In this document: piece by piece, positions 13,410-27,889 of the stretch
Position numbering within the stretch: position 1 is the stretch's first letter
Layout: every line of letters starts with the position of its first letter
DNA from: Trichosphaerium sp. ATCC 40318
Lineage: Eukaryota > Protista > Tubulinea
DNA: 64,000 nucleotides
Assembly (NCBI GenBank): GCA_038496445.1
Contig: JALMLS010000376.1
Span: forward strand, 124,001 to 188,000
Direction of reading: 5' to 3'
Position numbers and translations under genes: made by a program
The notes under the pieces: model-generated
What the model was told of the DNA's origin: nothing
The model's database searches: none
Seen by the model: the letters and a program-made list of their open reading frames with translations, nothing else

Positions 13410-14666
13410 TTACACTTGCAGCACTGAGGCTGGCCTGTCAATTTTGACTTTTTTACGTTTTAACGTCTTACTAATAGCGTATAGCACACCACCTGATTTT
13501 GTCAGAAACAGTAGAAACAAAGGAGATACGTACTAGCAAGACTAATAGTTATACTGATGCCACCCAATAGGTTGAAGGGTGTGTTAAAATATGCGACACC
13601 AAGTATGGTTAGCGGAATTTTGTTAAGAGCTCCGACAATACTACAACTGGAGTCAGCGTTGCAAGAGTGTGAGACTGTACCTGTAAGTTGTAGGGGAGGT
13701 AACATGAATTGCCCAAAAGGAAGATACGCTGATAAGCAAGCCTGTAAGACCACCGTAGAATAGCGTTATTCCAAACATTGGCGTCATTGCGTTATACCTA
13801 TGCAAGTATAAGCAGTGTGATTAGTGATGATATAGTTTGTACGCTGCCCAAAGACCTTTGTATTGACCAGAAACAAGTACTGCAATGCACATGAGAGGGA
13901 TAGATAACACATTATTATAATACACTTTTGACATATTATTCATCTTGGAACCAACTGATTTCATGTACAACTAGTGAAGTAAATACGTGAATATTGTCAA
14001 GGTAGCACGCACTATATACGATGCAGCAATACCGCAATTAAGCAACATGAAAAAGTAACCCCAAAAGTTGAATTCGAGATCATTTAGCCCAGAAACTACT
14101 GAACCACAAAACTTAACAAATGTCATTGATTGTTTTTAAAGTTAATTTAGACCGAACCATTAGAACAATACTCCCTGCTGTGAGTGCGGATACAGGCTGA
14201 TTGAAGAAAAAGTTATCACCAACACATATTGCAATTGTTTGAAAATTCTTAAGGATAGTAACCATCGCTACTGACAACATTCGTATACTACATACGTCAG
14301 CGATACTAGAGTAATTTTTATGTACCTGGGCATACTCGTAGCGAGCATAAGAACGAATAAGATGTTGAGAGGTGCCCACGTTTTTAATTTTTGCCACGAC
14401 AAAGGCTCTAATTTAACCATCGAATAGTGTCCTGCTAAAGAAACACTGAAAAAAGTGAAAGAATTCTTTCTGTGTTAGTTTTCAATTGACACATATGTAA
14501 AACTCCGTACCTGCCATAGTATTAGTAGCAGAGGGTAATTAAAGTCGTATTGGGTGAGAATAATTTTGTTTGAGAATGTAATTGACATAGAGCATAAGCT
14601 GTACATCAGGCACGCTATAATTACGCCTGAATATGTGCCCCAGTTATCCAGAAAACGTCGCTGCAT
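13410..14666 (-). CDS. Nucleotide-sugar transporter (GDP-mannose VRG4/GONST or SLC35D-like)
   Basis: YSLCSMSITFSNKIILTQYDFNYP; LSVAMVTILKN; SIVGALNKIPLTILG motifs; multi-pass hydrophobic. Confidence 0.85.
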
Positions 14667-14882
14667 TGTCAAAACGTTAAACTGGCTGAATTACTCGTTT
14701 TTACGCCCAAAACAACGATAGTAGGATAGCAACGTTAGCGTTGGGCGTCTTACAGAGCGGCTTAAGTCGTTAAGTGGCAGTGACGTAACCGTGACCTTCA
14801 GTTTTGTTCTGGTATTTTTCTTCGCTAGCACTTATTCGTAAGACGAATTCAGACCATAATTTCAAACGTACACTTACGAAAC

Positions 14883-17480
14883 ATGGCAGAACCAAAGGTA
14901 CCGATTTCTCGTGGCTTATGTATAGTAACACGTACAATAGGGAAAGGCTACAACGCCAAAAAAGTTCAATAGGAAAGAATTTGATGAATTGATGCGTAGA
15001 CGCTTCTTTTACATCAACTCCTTCGAGATTTACGGAGGTACCAACTTTAAAACAGTTACGGTTGTGATAATTTATCGTATAAAAAGGTGTCAAGGGATTG
15101 TATGATTACGGACCACCTGGAGCCGCTATTAAAAACAACTTCTTGCAATTCTGGCGTAAATGGTTTGTAATGGAGGAAGATATGCTAGAGATCGCTTGTA
15201 CTAACTTGACGCCTGAAGTAGTACTAAAGTACGCGAAAAATAGAAAGAATAAACGCTAACAATAACGTAGAGCTTCGGGACACGTAGAAAAGTTCGAGGA
15301 TAAAATGGTTCGCGAAGTTGGGAACAAAGGGGAGTACTTGCGTGCTGATCACTTACTCGAAGGTACAAATACATAAAAAAACGCTAGATAGTAATTTCGT
15401 TGTGAAACAGATAAAATGGAAGAGCTTCTCAAAAAAAAGAACCTAACAGAAGAGCAAATCATGGAGTACAAGACAGTACACGTAAAGGCAGATGCTTACA
15501 GTCTAGAAGAACTTGGACAAATGTTGAAAAAATATAAAAGTGCGCACACAAGACGCTTTTTGCGTCTAATTTTGTTACTAATCGCTTTGTAGTCAAGTCT
15601 CCAAGAGGAAAAGCTCTAACAGATCCAATTGGTTTCAACCTCATGTTTGCAACCCAAATCGGACCATCTGGAGTCTTCAGAGGGTAAATTATTGACTGAT
15701 ATAATTTTGTTGATGTGACTTTTTAGATACATGCGCCCAGAAACTGCTCAAGGAATGTTCCTTAATTTCAAACGCTTGCTCGAATATAATGCTTCCAAGC
15801 TTCCTTTCGCTGCAGCTCAACTCGGTAATGCTTTCCGTAACGAGATCGCTCCTCGTGGAGGACTCCTCAGAGTTAGGTATTGTGGTTACAATACCGGTTA
15901 AATTACTTATTCACTGTGCAGAGAGTTTGACTTGGCCGAAATTGAACATTTCGTTGACCCAAGAAACAAGAAACATCCTAAATTCCACACTGTCGCTGAT
16001 GTCGTACTTCCATTGTATCCTATTGCAAACCAACTTGGAGACAAGAAGTTAGTACATATGGCTATTGGAGAGGCCGTTAAAGCTGTACGAAGTTACCATT
16101 ATCTAAACCTCAAGTCTAACTCAATCAAAAGGGAATTGTTGACAACGAAACTTTGGGATACTTCTTGGCTCGTTGCCACGCATTTTTGATCAAAGTCGGA
16201 ATCATCCCAGAAAAACTCAGATTCAGACAACATTTACCAACTGAAATGGCTCACTACGCTTCTGACTGTTGGGACGCTGAAATTCAAGTTTCTCAAGTAC
16301 GATTGTCTTTTTTTTTTCTTTCTCCTGTGTTGTTTAGAAAATACGCTCACACTTTCGTTAAGGGATGGGTTGAGTGTGTAGGTAATGCTGATCGCGCTTG
16401 CTTTGATTTAGAAACACACAGCGTAAACTCTGGAAAAGACCTCGTTGCTTTTGTTCCATTCCCAGATGGTAAAACAGTACGTAGAAAAAATAAAAAATGA
16501 CGTTTGTGTGTTTGTTCTGTGTTTTAACAAAATGTTTAGGTCAAAGAAACTGCTTTGAAATGCGAGTTTAACCGTAAAAAAATCGGAATGACTTTGAAAG
16601 GTATTAATATTAACGCTTTTTGTCTTCTATCGCTAAAACGCTTCCTTAGCAAAGGCCAAGCCTGTCATGGCCCTCATTGAGAGCGCTGTAGCTGGAGATT
16701 CTCAACCTAGATTCAAGAAATGGAAGGAAGAGCTTGAAGCTAACGGGTACGAATTAACAAAAAATAGTTGAAGGAGTAGGAAGTAACCTTGTTTTTTAGA
16801 AAAGTTATGTTGGGAGGAGAAGAAGTCACAAAGGAGATGATGACATTTACTTCCTTTGAAAGAGAAGTTTGTGGAGAGAATATCCAACCTTCTGTTATTG
16901 AACCTTCTTACGGAGTGAGCAGAATCATCTACTGTATCATGGAACACGCATTTTGGAAGAGAGGAGACGGACAAAGGTATGACGAAAAGAAAAATCGTTA
17001 AAGTTCTTTTACTTATTATTCTATTCAGATTTGTTCTCTCTTTGTCTCCTATTGTTGCTCCTATTAAATGTAGTATCATCCCTCTTATCAGAGATGAGCG
17101 TTTGAGTCCTTTTGTTTCTCAAGTGAAGAAGGCAATGAACGAAGCTTTTGTTAGCGCAAAGGTTGATGATAAAGGAGGTGCTAAGATTGGACGTCGTTAT
17201 GCTAGAACTGATGAAATCGGAATACCTTTCGGTGTCACCATTGATTTTACAACAGTTGAAGATAAAACTGTTACATTGCGTGAGCGTGACTCAATGAAAC
17301 AGGTACGGACTTTTGTTTTTTGATGAACATTTTTATTTGAGTAGTTGTTTTTTAACATTGCTTTTCCCTTAGGTTCGTGTTCCATTGAAGGACATAGCAA
17401 TGGTAGTAAGGAATTTATGTGATGGATTCATGACATGGGAAGAAGTACTTGCAAAGTACCCTGCAGTTACATCAGAATAA
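14883..17480 (+). CDS. GARS1: Glycyl-tRNA synthetase (eukaryotic homodimeric type)
   Basis: [27 protein letters not shown]; [13 protein letters not shown]; [14 protein letters not shown]; [22 protein letters not shown]; [20 protein letters not shown]. Confidence 0.97.
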
Positions 17481-17501
17481 TTTAAAGTTAATAAAAACTC
17501 T

Positions 17502-18270
17502 ATCTTGATCTCCTTATATAATCTTGTTTTCGTTCAAACAGTTGGAGTGTTCTATAAACTCCGTAATTCCAAAAACCCACCGCTGCACTGTCAAGCTTAG
17601 TTCTGCATAAACACAATATTATCCTTTCTTGACGGAATTGCCGGATGTGCTTCAGACTGTTTATACCGATGTAAACTGATCGTATCTATAGCTAAAATTA
17701 TAGGATCAGTACAGATGACACAATCTTCGGCACATGCCGCTGAAACTTAAGTTTGAGATTACCAGTGAAAGAATTTACTGTAAATCTGGGTAAATTTCGG
17801 CTAGATTGGGGTAACATCGCGAACCCCAGCGTACCTATACGTGCTATTGCAATAGGGTTCTTACGAAAAATCACGGCGGTTTCCTTTACCTAACTGCGCG
17901 GTCAAAATAAAAACACCGAAATATTTTAGTTATCGCTTTGTTATATGAATAGAGCCTCACCCATTTCTGATTCTTTCCGGAGTACGGAATAATTAAGTAC
18001 CCGAGAGTGCAATTACCCGATCAAACCCAAAAAAAAATATTTTCGGAAACGCACGTGACACATTTTTCCTCGGGACTTTAGTGACGTCAACATTATCTCG
18101 ACCGTTGTAAGCGTACACTACATCTCCTACATTTATTTGTTTGTGTTACAGGTATAAACGCGCGTCCCTTTTTTGTTTGGGGTGTTTGTTGTAAATCTGG
18201 AATTTGGCCGCGTCAAATTATCTTTATAGCGGCAGTGGGTGTGCCACTACTTGTTTCGAACAATAAAACG
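17502..18270 (-). pseudogene. Possible degraded multi-exon gene remnant (vaguely LURP-one/Tubby-C-like)
   Basis: Exon-like pieces (SGTPTAAIK..KFQIYNKHP; DVVYAYNGRD; VIFRKNPIAIARI; VSAACAED..IILAID; GFWNYGVYRTLQLF) and intron-like gaps, but stops/frameshifts prevent one clean model. Confidence 0.25.
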
Positions 18271-18358
18271 TATGTCAAAATTATGGCTTTATTATTTATC
18301 CCTTAACGGTATTAAGGTTCGAAAACAAGCATAACACATTACTCGGTTCTTATATTGC

Positions 18359-21300
18359 ATGTCGGAAAAACCAGCGGAATCAGAAACGCAAAAAGAAACA
18401 GCAGGTACTAGTACTACTTTTATTAGTCCTATTGACTCCTATAGCGGCTGATAAGCCTATTGGCGACTCAGATATGGGAAATAAACAAGCTGTAATAGAA
18501 TCTCACCATTGTATTGGTTCTTTGACAATAACAATACACGAGGCGAAGGGACTACGCTCAGCCGATCGTATAACAGGTATTTGAATGTTTTCAAAACTAA
18601 CGGAGGAAATTAAGTTAGTAATTAACTTACAAAACAGGTAAAAGCAGCCCGAAACTGCGTGTGACGTTTAGTTCTGGAGAAAAGAAAACTTCTAAAACTC
18701 AAAAAACAACTTTGAATCCTAAGTGGGATTCTGCACGATTTTTCAGGTTCGTGAACAGTCGCAGTGATCCTGCTCCCGGCTCTCTTTCGTCAATTTGATG
18801 CATTTAACTGTCCTTTAGCTTTCTCAGCAAGAAGCCAATAACTGCAAAGATTGAAGTGCTACATTTTAGCAGGGTAGGGACTCCGCAAAGCTATAAAACA
18901 CTTACATAAATTAGCTAGACATTGAGCATCATCTTGGAGAAATAACATTGGGTGTCAAAGGTGATGACAATGAATCAGTACGAGATAATTTAACCCTAAG
19001 TTTAAAACAACTAAGTTGTATAACAGGTTGAGAATAAATGGTACAAGTTGTACAAAAAAGACTCTGACAAGGAATATAAAACCGCTGAAGTTAACCTTTC
19101 TTGGGAATACACTATGGTACAACCAGACAAACAGCCTGAAAGAAGTAGTGTTGGCTCTAGAGTAAATATAAGTATCATTGGAATGGACAGAGGCACTGTA
19201 CCTGGTGCTCACGTTATTACACTACACGCACGCCTCATAGTGTTTTATTGAGCTAATTACAACCACAGAACTTTAGCTCAGCTGAAATGATGAATATAAT
19301 TAAACGGCAGCATAAGCTGCCGGTTCGTACATTTGTACAATGCGGAAACAGACACGGGCACTGGTAAATAGTTTGGTTTTGATATCGCGTAGCTAACAGG
19401 TCGACTACGTAGGAAGTTCCACCACAATACAATTTTTTCACAAACACTGCTTGGTTCTATTGAGGAAACAATAGCGACGGAGCGTAAAGAAGAGCAGTAC
19501 CATGTATACAATTATCTAAAGCTTTTGAACGAGTACGTTTAAACCAAGCATATAACTGTCAGTTAATATGTGGTAAAGTTGTGGCTATGTTGGATATTCT
19601 GTAGTTGATGCAGCGTTGCCTTTGATACCTAGATTCCGTCTTGGTCTTAAAAGCTCTTTCCTTGTTATACAACGCAGTAAAAAGCTGGCACCACGCAGGT
19701 ACAGTATTTTTTTTATTCTTGTTTGATATTAATGTTGGCCTACAGAGACTACATCTGCCTTGCTGTCAAAGAAGTTGGCTATTATGTTAAGTCCTACTTT
19801 CATGAAAGTACGTAAAACAGTTGAACTGCCAGTTGGTGGTGTCTAACGCGATGTTTTTTCTTTAGACGAGAAATTCCAATTGAAACATGGAAGCCTTGAA
19901 CTCTATGTACGTCTTATTATCAAACAGTAACAATATGAGTTCTGACACAGTTAAAGGGCGTATCAAACGAGATTGTAGATTCTTTAAGCGAACAAACAGA
20001 ACGTAAATGGCACTCTAAGACGTCTTCTGCAAGAGATGCTACATTACTATGGTATTAAAAACGCTCCAGGAGCCTATTGGTTTGGTTTTGCTAAAAAGAG
20101 TCTTTTTAGGAACTCTCGGCTTCACAAGGACGATATTTTAGAGGAACGCGTCTTACAAGTATTCAACGTACTACGTGAGAAGGGATACGCCTATGATTCT
20201 CCTTTCAGAGACATGCACATATTTTCTACTTGCTTTGATAAAAAATGCAAGAAACCTTATATACTTGTTGGTCCATTAGGTGGATCACCTCTTGATGACT
20301 TTAGAATAATTGTATGACCTATTTTACTTTGCGTGGTGTCTAATATACATACAAAGGGTGACATAGAAGCCAAGGAGGTGAAGAATGTATGTAAGCTAAT
20401 TGGAGGTAAAAAGGAGAAAGATAATGTTTGGACGGTTTTACCTACAGATTTTGAAGGAGGTAATAATTATTACCCTATGGGCTTATCTGATAGTTGCTTT
20501 AACTTTATTTTAGATTTGAATGGAAGAGGTGCAACAAGTAGACAATCTAAGCTTCTTAAAATTATAGCGTTATTCACCAATAAAGGTATAACTATTTGTT
20601 TAGAATCGGGATTGTTTTTTTTTTTTGCTAACTATCTTTTTTTTGTTCAGGTTGGGCTCCTGTTATCAACACTTTGGATTATTTATTACTGTATAACTCT
20701 GGTAAAGAATCTACTGTAGTATCATTATCATATGACGAAAAGAATGCGTTCATTAATGTTGGCGTACGTTGAGAAAAATATTGCATGTTTTTTTTGTGGG
20801 ATTCAATAAGAATCATCTTTGACAAGCTTTTTAGGGAGACTTAACATCTGAAGACGCAAAGAGCATCCGTAGTAAACTCGGACCTGGGTTTATACCTTGC
20901 AAAGGCCTAGATAACTTATGGTGAGACAACTAAGAAGAAAGAGGTCATATTTCTTACAAAAAGGGTTTAGGGAAATTCAACTTGGTCACAAAGGAGAAAA
21001 ATTGAAAGCAAAATCGGTAGATTATACTCTTAGTCTAAGAATGCTAGCTCTTACAATGGATACACTAAGTTCACAGGGCCTTCGTCTAAAAACTACGTAT
21101 AGAAGTAATTGTTCTTATGAGGTAAGTGGAGAGCAATATCATTATTTAATTATACTTTTTTTGCTGAAGTATTTTTTTATTAGGCTGGTGAGTACTTAGT
21201 TTTTGTAAGAGATGAGCAATGTAAAAAGCAAAAACCACGGTCCCATATATTTGTATATACAAACAGCCGTAAAGGCCGTGATAAATCTGCAACAGAGCTT

Positions 21301-21713
21301 GTTGTATTGATGGTAAAAACTATTTTGTTATTTGTAGGTTTAGAAAACTAAGAGTTTACTGTAGGGAACAGAAGACGAAAAACTTCTCGAATATGCAAAA
21401 GGTAGAATAAAAAAAACTAATTACTCATTGGAACGTGTATCGGACGGATGTTGGGTTATTAAATTGCCAATGCAGAAATTTACTCCAGGAATACTAAATA
21501 ATGACAGAAAGCGCTGGTATGTGCTTTAAGACTTTTCATAAAACTAAAATACTGACACGCTTATGCAGGCTGTTTACTATGGATGTAAAGGACCATCAAG
21601 TTTCGATATTTAACGTATTGTGTATGCTCGGTTACTCAATGGAACTGATGTATGCTACACTCACAACACCAGAAATATACGTGTTTAGTAAAGATGCAAA
21701 AATAAAGAAATAA
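18359..21713 (+). CDS. C2-domain protein with a long uncharacterised, apparently repetitive alpha/beta C-terminal region
   Basis: GSLTITIHEAKGLRSADRITGKSSPKLRVTF...KTSKTQKTTLNPKWD is a C2 domain; downstream exons show recurring L..L...G[YWL]....Y.F motifs. Confidence 0.7.
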
Positions 21714-21763
21714 ACTGTTTGTTCATAGCCAAACATTTATTATGTACATTCAAGTTGTAAGGC

Positions 21764-23062
21764 TTAGATAGGCTTATACTCGTAAATAGTAGATGTCTTT
21801 TCGAACGAGAAAGCCTTTAGACCCAACCCAGCAAAGGCTCTGCCACCAACTTGAAACGTGGTACCATCAAGGTGCTCACCTTCTGGATAGTTTCCAACCA
21901 GGTCCCAAGAATTGGCAGCAATGCTGTACCGGTAAATTTCGCGTCTGTAAGTATGTCCAGGCATATCTTGATACCCAGTGCCTACGAAACCATACTCACC
22001 AACTGAGAAGCCAATGCCTTCTCCAACAGGAATAGGAATGGAGCTTGAATAGGGTTGTCAATATCAAAACAACAAACAGCTAAAAAATGTGTACCTTAGT
22101 TTTGTCCATCGTCTGGTGCTTAAAGTGTGTTCGAACTCATAGAAGTTGACATCAAGTTCTTTGTTCTTCTGGTGGATGCCGCCACCGACGAATATGCGTT
22201 CTCCAGAGCGAAACATGAAAGCTCCACCAACATTATGAGGGTATGAAGGTAAGACACCTTCCCAATCAAAGCCATTAAATGTGTAAAACTGCCTTACAGC
22301 GCCATGCTTTGCGAAACCCAACCCGACATACGCCACATTGTCGATAACAAAGGACATTAAGTCATGTTGCGGTGGCGGTGGAAAGTTCTTTGTGTGCAAC
22401 TCTTTCCATGAGTCTACAAAAAAGTAAGGTTCGGCCTTAGAGCGCAGCTATACGTACCGGTGCTGGGCGAGTACTCAAACAACGAATTGGTATTGTGGCA
22501 CGTAGCGTTACGACCACCAAAGATGTATCCTTTGCCATTCATTGTAAAGCCAGTAGCTTCAACGCGGCTTTCGGGCATTGGAGCAATTTGAGTCCAACTG
22601 TCTTTATCGGCACTGTAGTAGTAAAAATCTTGTGCTAGCTCCCCAGGGCAGTAATCTTCGCCTGTTGCACCAGAACCGACGTATGCCTAAAAAAAGGTTT
22701 AATTGCAACGTTTCATATTAGCTAGGCGGTACTTTGTCTCCAATAGTAAAAGAAGAGGCTCCAGTTACCGCCAAAGGGAATGACGCCTTTTCTTCCCACG
22801 AACCATGACAAGTATGTCTACAACAGCTTTAGATGCTTAAACTATGCGTAAATAATACCTTAAAAGAGTCATCATGTCGTCTGGACCCATATGCTTATCG
22901 CTAGTCAAAAGACCCTACCAAACGTTAACAAACAAGCCTCTAATGTATAACAAACTGTACCATGTTCAAGTTAAAAGTATTAGAAGCATATTCACCGTTT
23001 GTAGAGTGCAAGATGCATAGGACAATTGTAGCTGCTAAGAAAACGAAGCAACGGATCATCAT
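21764..23062 (-). CDS. Secreted Kelch-repeat beta-propeller
   Basis: Signal peptide MMIRCFVFLAATIVLCILHS; six repeats such as SFTIGDKAYVGSG..DFYYY...DSW, GFTMNGKGYIFGG, SFVIDNVAYVGLG, TFQVGGRAFAGLG. Confidence 0.85.
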
Positions 23063-23216
23063 GTGTTGTGAACGTATTTGATGTTACAAAAATAAACTCC
23101 CAAACGGTTTTTAGCCGAAAACCTAAATAAGTAAAAACTCCGCCAAAACTGCACAGAAATTCACAACACAAGCCGAAAAGGCCTATTTACATTTATTATT
23201 TACAATTTTCAAGGAC

Positions 23217-24563
23217 TTAGTTATGTTCCAATAATTCATACTCTGGCTGTGAAGTAATGCTCAATACACGACGTATAAAGAAAGCTACAAGCCCAAATAC
23301 AACCAAAGCAGCAAAACCTTCAATGTTATTAGCGAAAGAAACCAAAAAAGAAAGATGGTCGAATGACGTACCCACGATACCAGTGATGACAATGATAGAT
23401 TCTTTTTCAGCAACTAGAGTTCCACGAGGACGTTCATATGTCTCGTGTTTATGTTCAGTTGAAGTGATAGCAAACGTTCTCTTAGAGAACATATCCGTTG
23501 CTTTGAGTGCCTTTTGTATTGCATTAGTAAAGTCACATTTTAATTGGTATCAACGTACTGTTCCTGTGATGCCCAGTACGGTATCAATTTCGGAGGAAAT
23601 GTGTCTGATTTGGTCATTATGCGAGAAGAGGAGTGATACTAGCCTAGGTCCTGGTTGTCTTAAACCATCTAAATCAAGTCAGAAATAGTTTTTGTGAACG
23701 ATTTATCCAACTTACAAGACATTATTGTGATAACAATAAGAGTGTATTGCCTTTTGAATCTTTGTTGCAGTACAGCAACATTACTTCTCATCAAGTTCAT
23801 AGCGTCAATTACTTTATGCACTGCGTATTCTACTTCAGTAGAATCAATAGGGAAAGACTTTGTCGTTATAATCTCAATTGTAGTATCTGTTGAAAAACGG
23901 TAAGCTACGGGACGACTTACATGAAAATAACGTACATTGAATACACTCAGTATTTGGGTCGTTTCCAGAAAATGATAGAACGTTTTTCTACGAAGGATGT
24001 GAGATACATTGAGATGAACATACAATGCTTTAAAGTGCTGCTACTTACATCAAGGGTCCAGGTCGTTTCGCTCCCATCAAAGTCTAGCTCGAATCCACCG
24101 TAGTGAGGATAACGTTGTGAAGTTTTTGTAAACTTAGTTGGTTGAGGTTTTGATGGTTTTGGAACAATATTGTTGTGTTCGCCAATAGGAATATCAAGCG
24201 GAGTCTGAGCATACACGTGTGAGAAAACGGCGTCGAAGTCAATGTAAAAAACAAGCTTACCTTTGATACTAGGGTCCAGCTCAAGTATGCCCTGAACATT
24301 CCGTTATCCAATCGTGCTACACAATCGAGTTGTGGGATAATCTGTAATTCGAGTTAGAAGCGTGGAACCACAACAACAAAAAGTTCACAAAATCGTACAG
24401 AATTATCCCGTAAAGCTATTTCACCACCTTGAAGGTCATTTGCATTTGTAGAATAACAAATAACCAACAAAATCAAAATATTTAGAAAAACCTACACGAA
24501 CAGTCACGAAAATGCTAAAAAACGGAGCAAGCGTTCTATTCGAAAAGGCGTAGTATTTTTCAT
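23217..24563 (-). CDS. Hypothetical type I membrane protein (start uncertain)
   Basis: Signal-like ILILLVICYSTNA; C-terminal TM FAALVVFGLVAFFI and a short tail with YELL (YxxPhi-like) motif; multi-exon. Confidence 0.55.
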
Positions 24564-24954
24564 TTTTAGCCTTTTTTGCTAAAAAGGATAAATATGTGCA
24601 CTATTGCGTACCTTTGAACCAGTCATGATTAAAAGGTTATGGTTTGGTGGCGTTGATCGTAAAGTCGATAAAGTGACGATAAATAGTAACTTAAAAGAAA
24701 CTCTCAAGTAGTTACGGAGAAATCCCCGAAATAGCGTGATATTTAACCAAAAAAAATTTACTTGTGTCAAAAGAAACGGCACCTTGTGGCAAAACAGCAA
24801 AAGAGAAAAACTCCGAAAACGATAAGGATTAAACTGAGGGATTGTAAACGTATTTGACGCAAAGGAAACCTTTTAATGCTCTTTTTTTACAATTCTTTGC
24901 TCAAAACTAACCCAATGCAAACGATTTTGCGCCCTTGTGGTGTCAGAGCATTGT

Positions 24955-27729
24955 CTAAGCTAGTTTCTTATTGAGTTTACTGTTCCTGATGCCTAAAAGG
25001 TGTTTAATACGAAATCGCAAAAATACGATTTGTCTTTCGTCTAAAAATCGTACCATAGACAAAGTAAATGAGTAGTCCAATAAGAGACCATATTAAAACA
25101 CGATAAATCGCGTCTACAGGTAACTCAACAATCAAGTAAATATTGATCAACATGCCCTATAAAAAATCATCAAATTTACGACGTATAACTAACATCGTAA
25201 GCAAATATTACTCACCAACATTGGAATTAAAGGTACAAGAGGACATGTGAACGTCTTTGGAATGTCTTTAGGGCTAATAAACAAATCAACAATAAGAAAC
25301 AAAAAGACGCGTTTTGAAAAAAAAAAAAAAAGCTTGCAACTACGTTAAGCAGGTAAACTGCTCACTTGTGAGAGGTGTTTAAGCATTTTTGAAGAAAAAT
25401 AAAAATGACATACCGAAGGATTTGTAACAAGAAGTAGATGATAAGTAGTGGAACACCTGAGATAACTTTTGCCCACCTGCGTTTAAAAAAGTAAGCTTGA
25501 GTTGCACTAACAACGGTGAGGTTAGTGCATACCAATCTGTTTGAAGTTTGAATGAAAGAGAGAAGACAATAGAGAAAACAAAAAATGACATGACAAGAAG
25601 AGGAACACAAGGAAGTGTAGCTCTTGCAATAGGTTCAAGGCAGCTTAAGTAAGAGTCTAGAAAAAAAAATGTCAATAAGAATAAAAAGCCAAACCAGTGA
25701 GTACCAAGGTGAGCATGTTCGCGAAGCTCTACGTTATCATTTGCAATACTATCAACGCCAAAACCTGTTGTAGAAAGTTAGTGTTTAAAACATTTTACAA
25801 AACTCCCGTACTGTCAAGTTTATGACTTTGTTCGCGATAGCGTAGAATAATTACACCTCCACAAACAACACAGAACGCTAGAAGAGTTCCAAGAGAGATC
25901 ATGTAACTGAGTGTTCCCAAGTCAAAGATAAAAGCCAAAAGACCTGAGAGCAAGCCACTGATAATAGTTGCCCATACTGGAATTTGTCTGCTGTTTAGCT
26001 GTCCAAAAAATTTCCACAAGAGACCCTGTGATGTACTTGAGCACGAAGTAAGAACATAGATAAGGAAACTTACATCTTGCGCCATTTGATAAAAAATACG
26101 TGGTTGTCCAAGCAAAGAAGCAAGGGTTGTTGCTGTTAGCGTTGTAACAGATCCAGCTGCTACTATGGCAGCTGCCCAGTTGTATCCCACTATGGACACG
26201 TTGTTAACGAGAGATGTAAATGTATGTTTTTACCATCAGAAAATGATGTAGATAGAGGTGAATCCGCATTGAGTTCGTAGTAAGGAACCATACCAGTGAC
26301 AACTTGAAAAGGATGTAAGTAACGCCAAAAGATATCTTTAAAGAACGTACCAAGTGAAACAGCAATATATAAAAGAGTAACAACACCAAGAGTGCCAACA
26401 ATACCGATAGGTAAATCACGTTTTGGGTTTTTAACCTCGCCTGCTAATGTAGTAACTGAATCGAATCCAATATACGAGAAGAACACCAACCCGGCACCTA
26501 AAATCCGTTGTCAACAACGAGAACAATGACTAAGATATGAACTATTTTTTTTTTTCAATAAAAAGTAGTCGTACCTCTGAACACTCCTTGAAACCCGAAT
26601 GGAAAGAATACCTCCCAATTATATGTGTCTACTTTTGTAGATCCAAGTCCAATGATGAACAAAATAACAATACTACAAACAGTAAACAAGAAAGCAAAAA
26701 GAGAAAACAACGTACATATTTAAAACCGTCATAACGACATTAAACATTGCTGATTCTTTAGCGCCAAATAGTAGGACACATACGCCTAATGTGCTATTAT
26801 TTAACGCACTGATTTCTTTAACGTACATAGCACAATAATAATGACTGCAAGTGGACTCAATGAAAACGAAGCTGAAACAATAGGCGTTAATTAAAAACAA
26901 AATTTGAACTTTGACGCACCAAAAAGCTTGTAGTTATGTAACCAGGCAGGTGGCTTTGTTTTAAAAACAACCTCGATAAATGATACAATATAACCTGCCC
27001 ATCCTCTTGCAACAGCTATGGGCCCAAATAAGGAACAAACCAATACTGGCTATGTACAAATTTGGTAAAAAAAAAAAACATACCTGACGCAGAAATACTG
27101 TATTCTAGCGTTAGATTCCAACCAATCCTAACCACAAGTTAATAAAAAGTAATGTGTGTTTGAATTACATACAGCCATCCTACTAGTTCACCCAGTGCAA
27201 CATATGAGAAAGTGTACGCCGAGCCAGAAACTTGGAAAAAATTAAAATGCATTTTTGGGAAAGGGAATTGTTAAACCCATTTTCTGCCTTACCAGGTATT
27301 CTAGCAGCGAATTCAGAGTAGCAAAAGGCTGAGAAAAGGGAAGAAATCGCAGCAGTCAGAAAAGAGAAAACAATAGCAGGGCCGGCGTTATCCTTCGCTA
27401 CGACGCCAGTTACAACAAAAATACCTGCCTATTAAACGATTAAACGCTATAGTATGGATATCAATCGTACACCAACTGTAGCGGCTAAACCATACGCAAT
27501 TAGATCAACAATAGTGAGACTACGCTTCAATTTGGAGCCTTCTGGCTCACCGTCACCTATAACATAAAATCGGCCATTATTAATCAACACTCGAAAACGT
27601 ACCCTCCTCAGGCTTAATAGGCTGCGTGCGCATCAAATTAGCCACTGTATAAAATCTGAAAAACCCACCGCTTGACGGCTTTTCGCCAACATCTCCGTCG
27701 CTATTTATTAACGACGCTTGGTCCGCCAT
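24955..27729 (-). CDS. Cationic amino-acid transporter-like APC permease
   Basis: LKRSLTIVDLIAYGLAATVG-GIFVVTGVVAKDNAGPA; VFFSYIGFDSVTTLAGEVKNPKRDLPIGI; LLGQPRIFYQMAQDGLL; FTCPLVPLIP (AA_permease_C). Confidence 0.93.
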
Positions 27730-27889
27730 CTTGATTTAATATTATTAATTGTCCTTCTGAAGCAGACTTAATGCTGAATGCAATTCCTTAAACAGAAAAA
27801 AAAAAAAGAAACAATCGCTCTTTGAGAAGTAACATGGACATCTATTTTACAAAAATTACATAAACAACCTTCCTTATAATTTGATTGCT

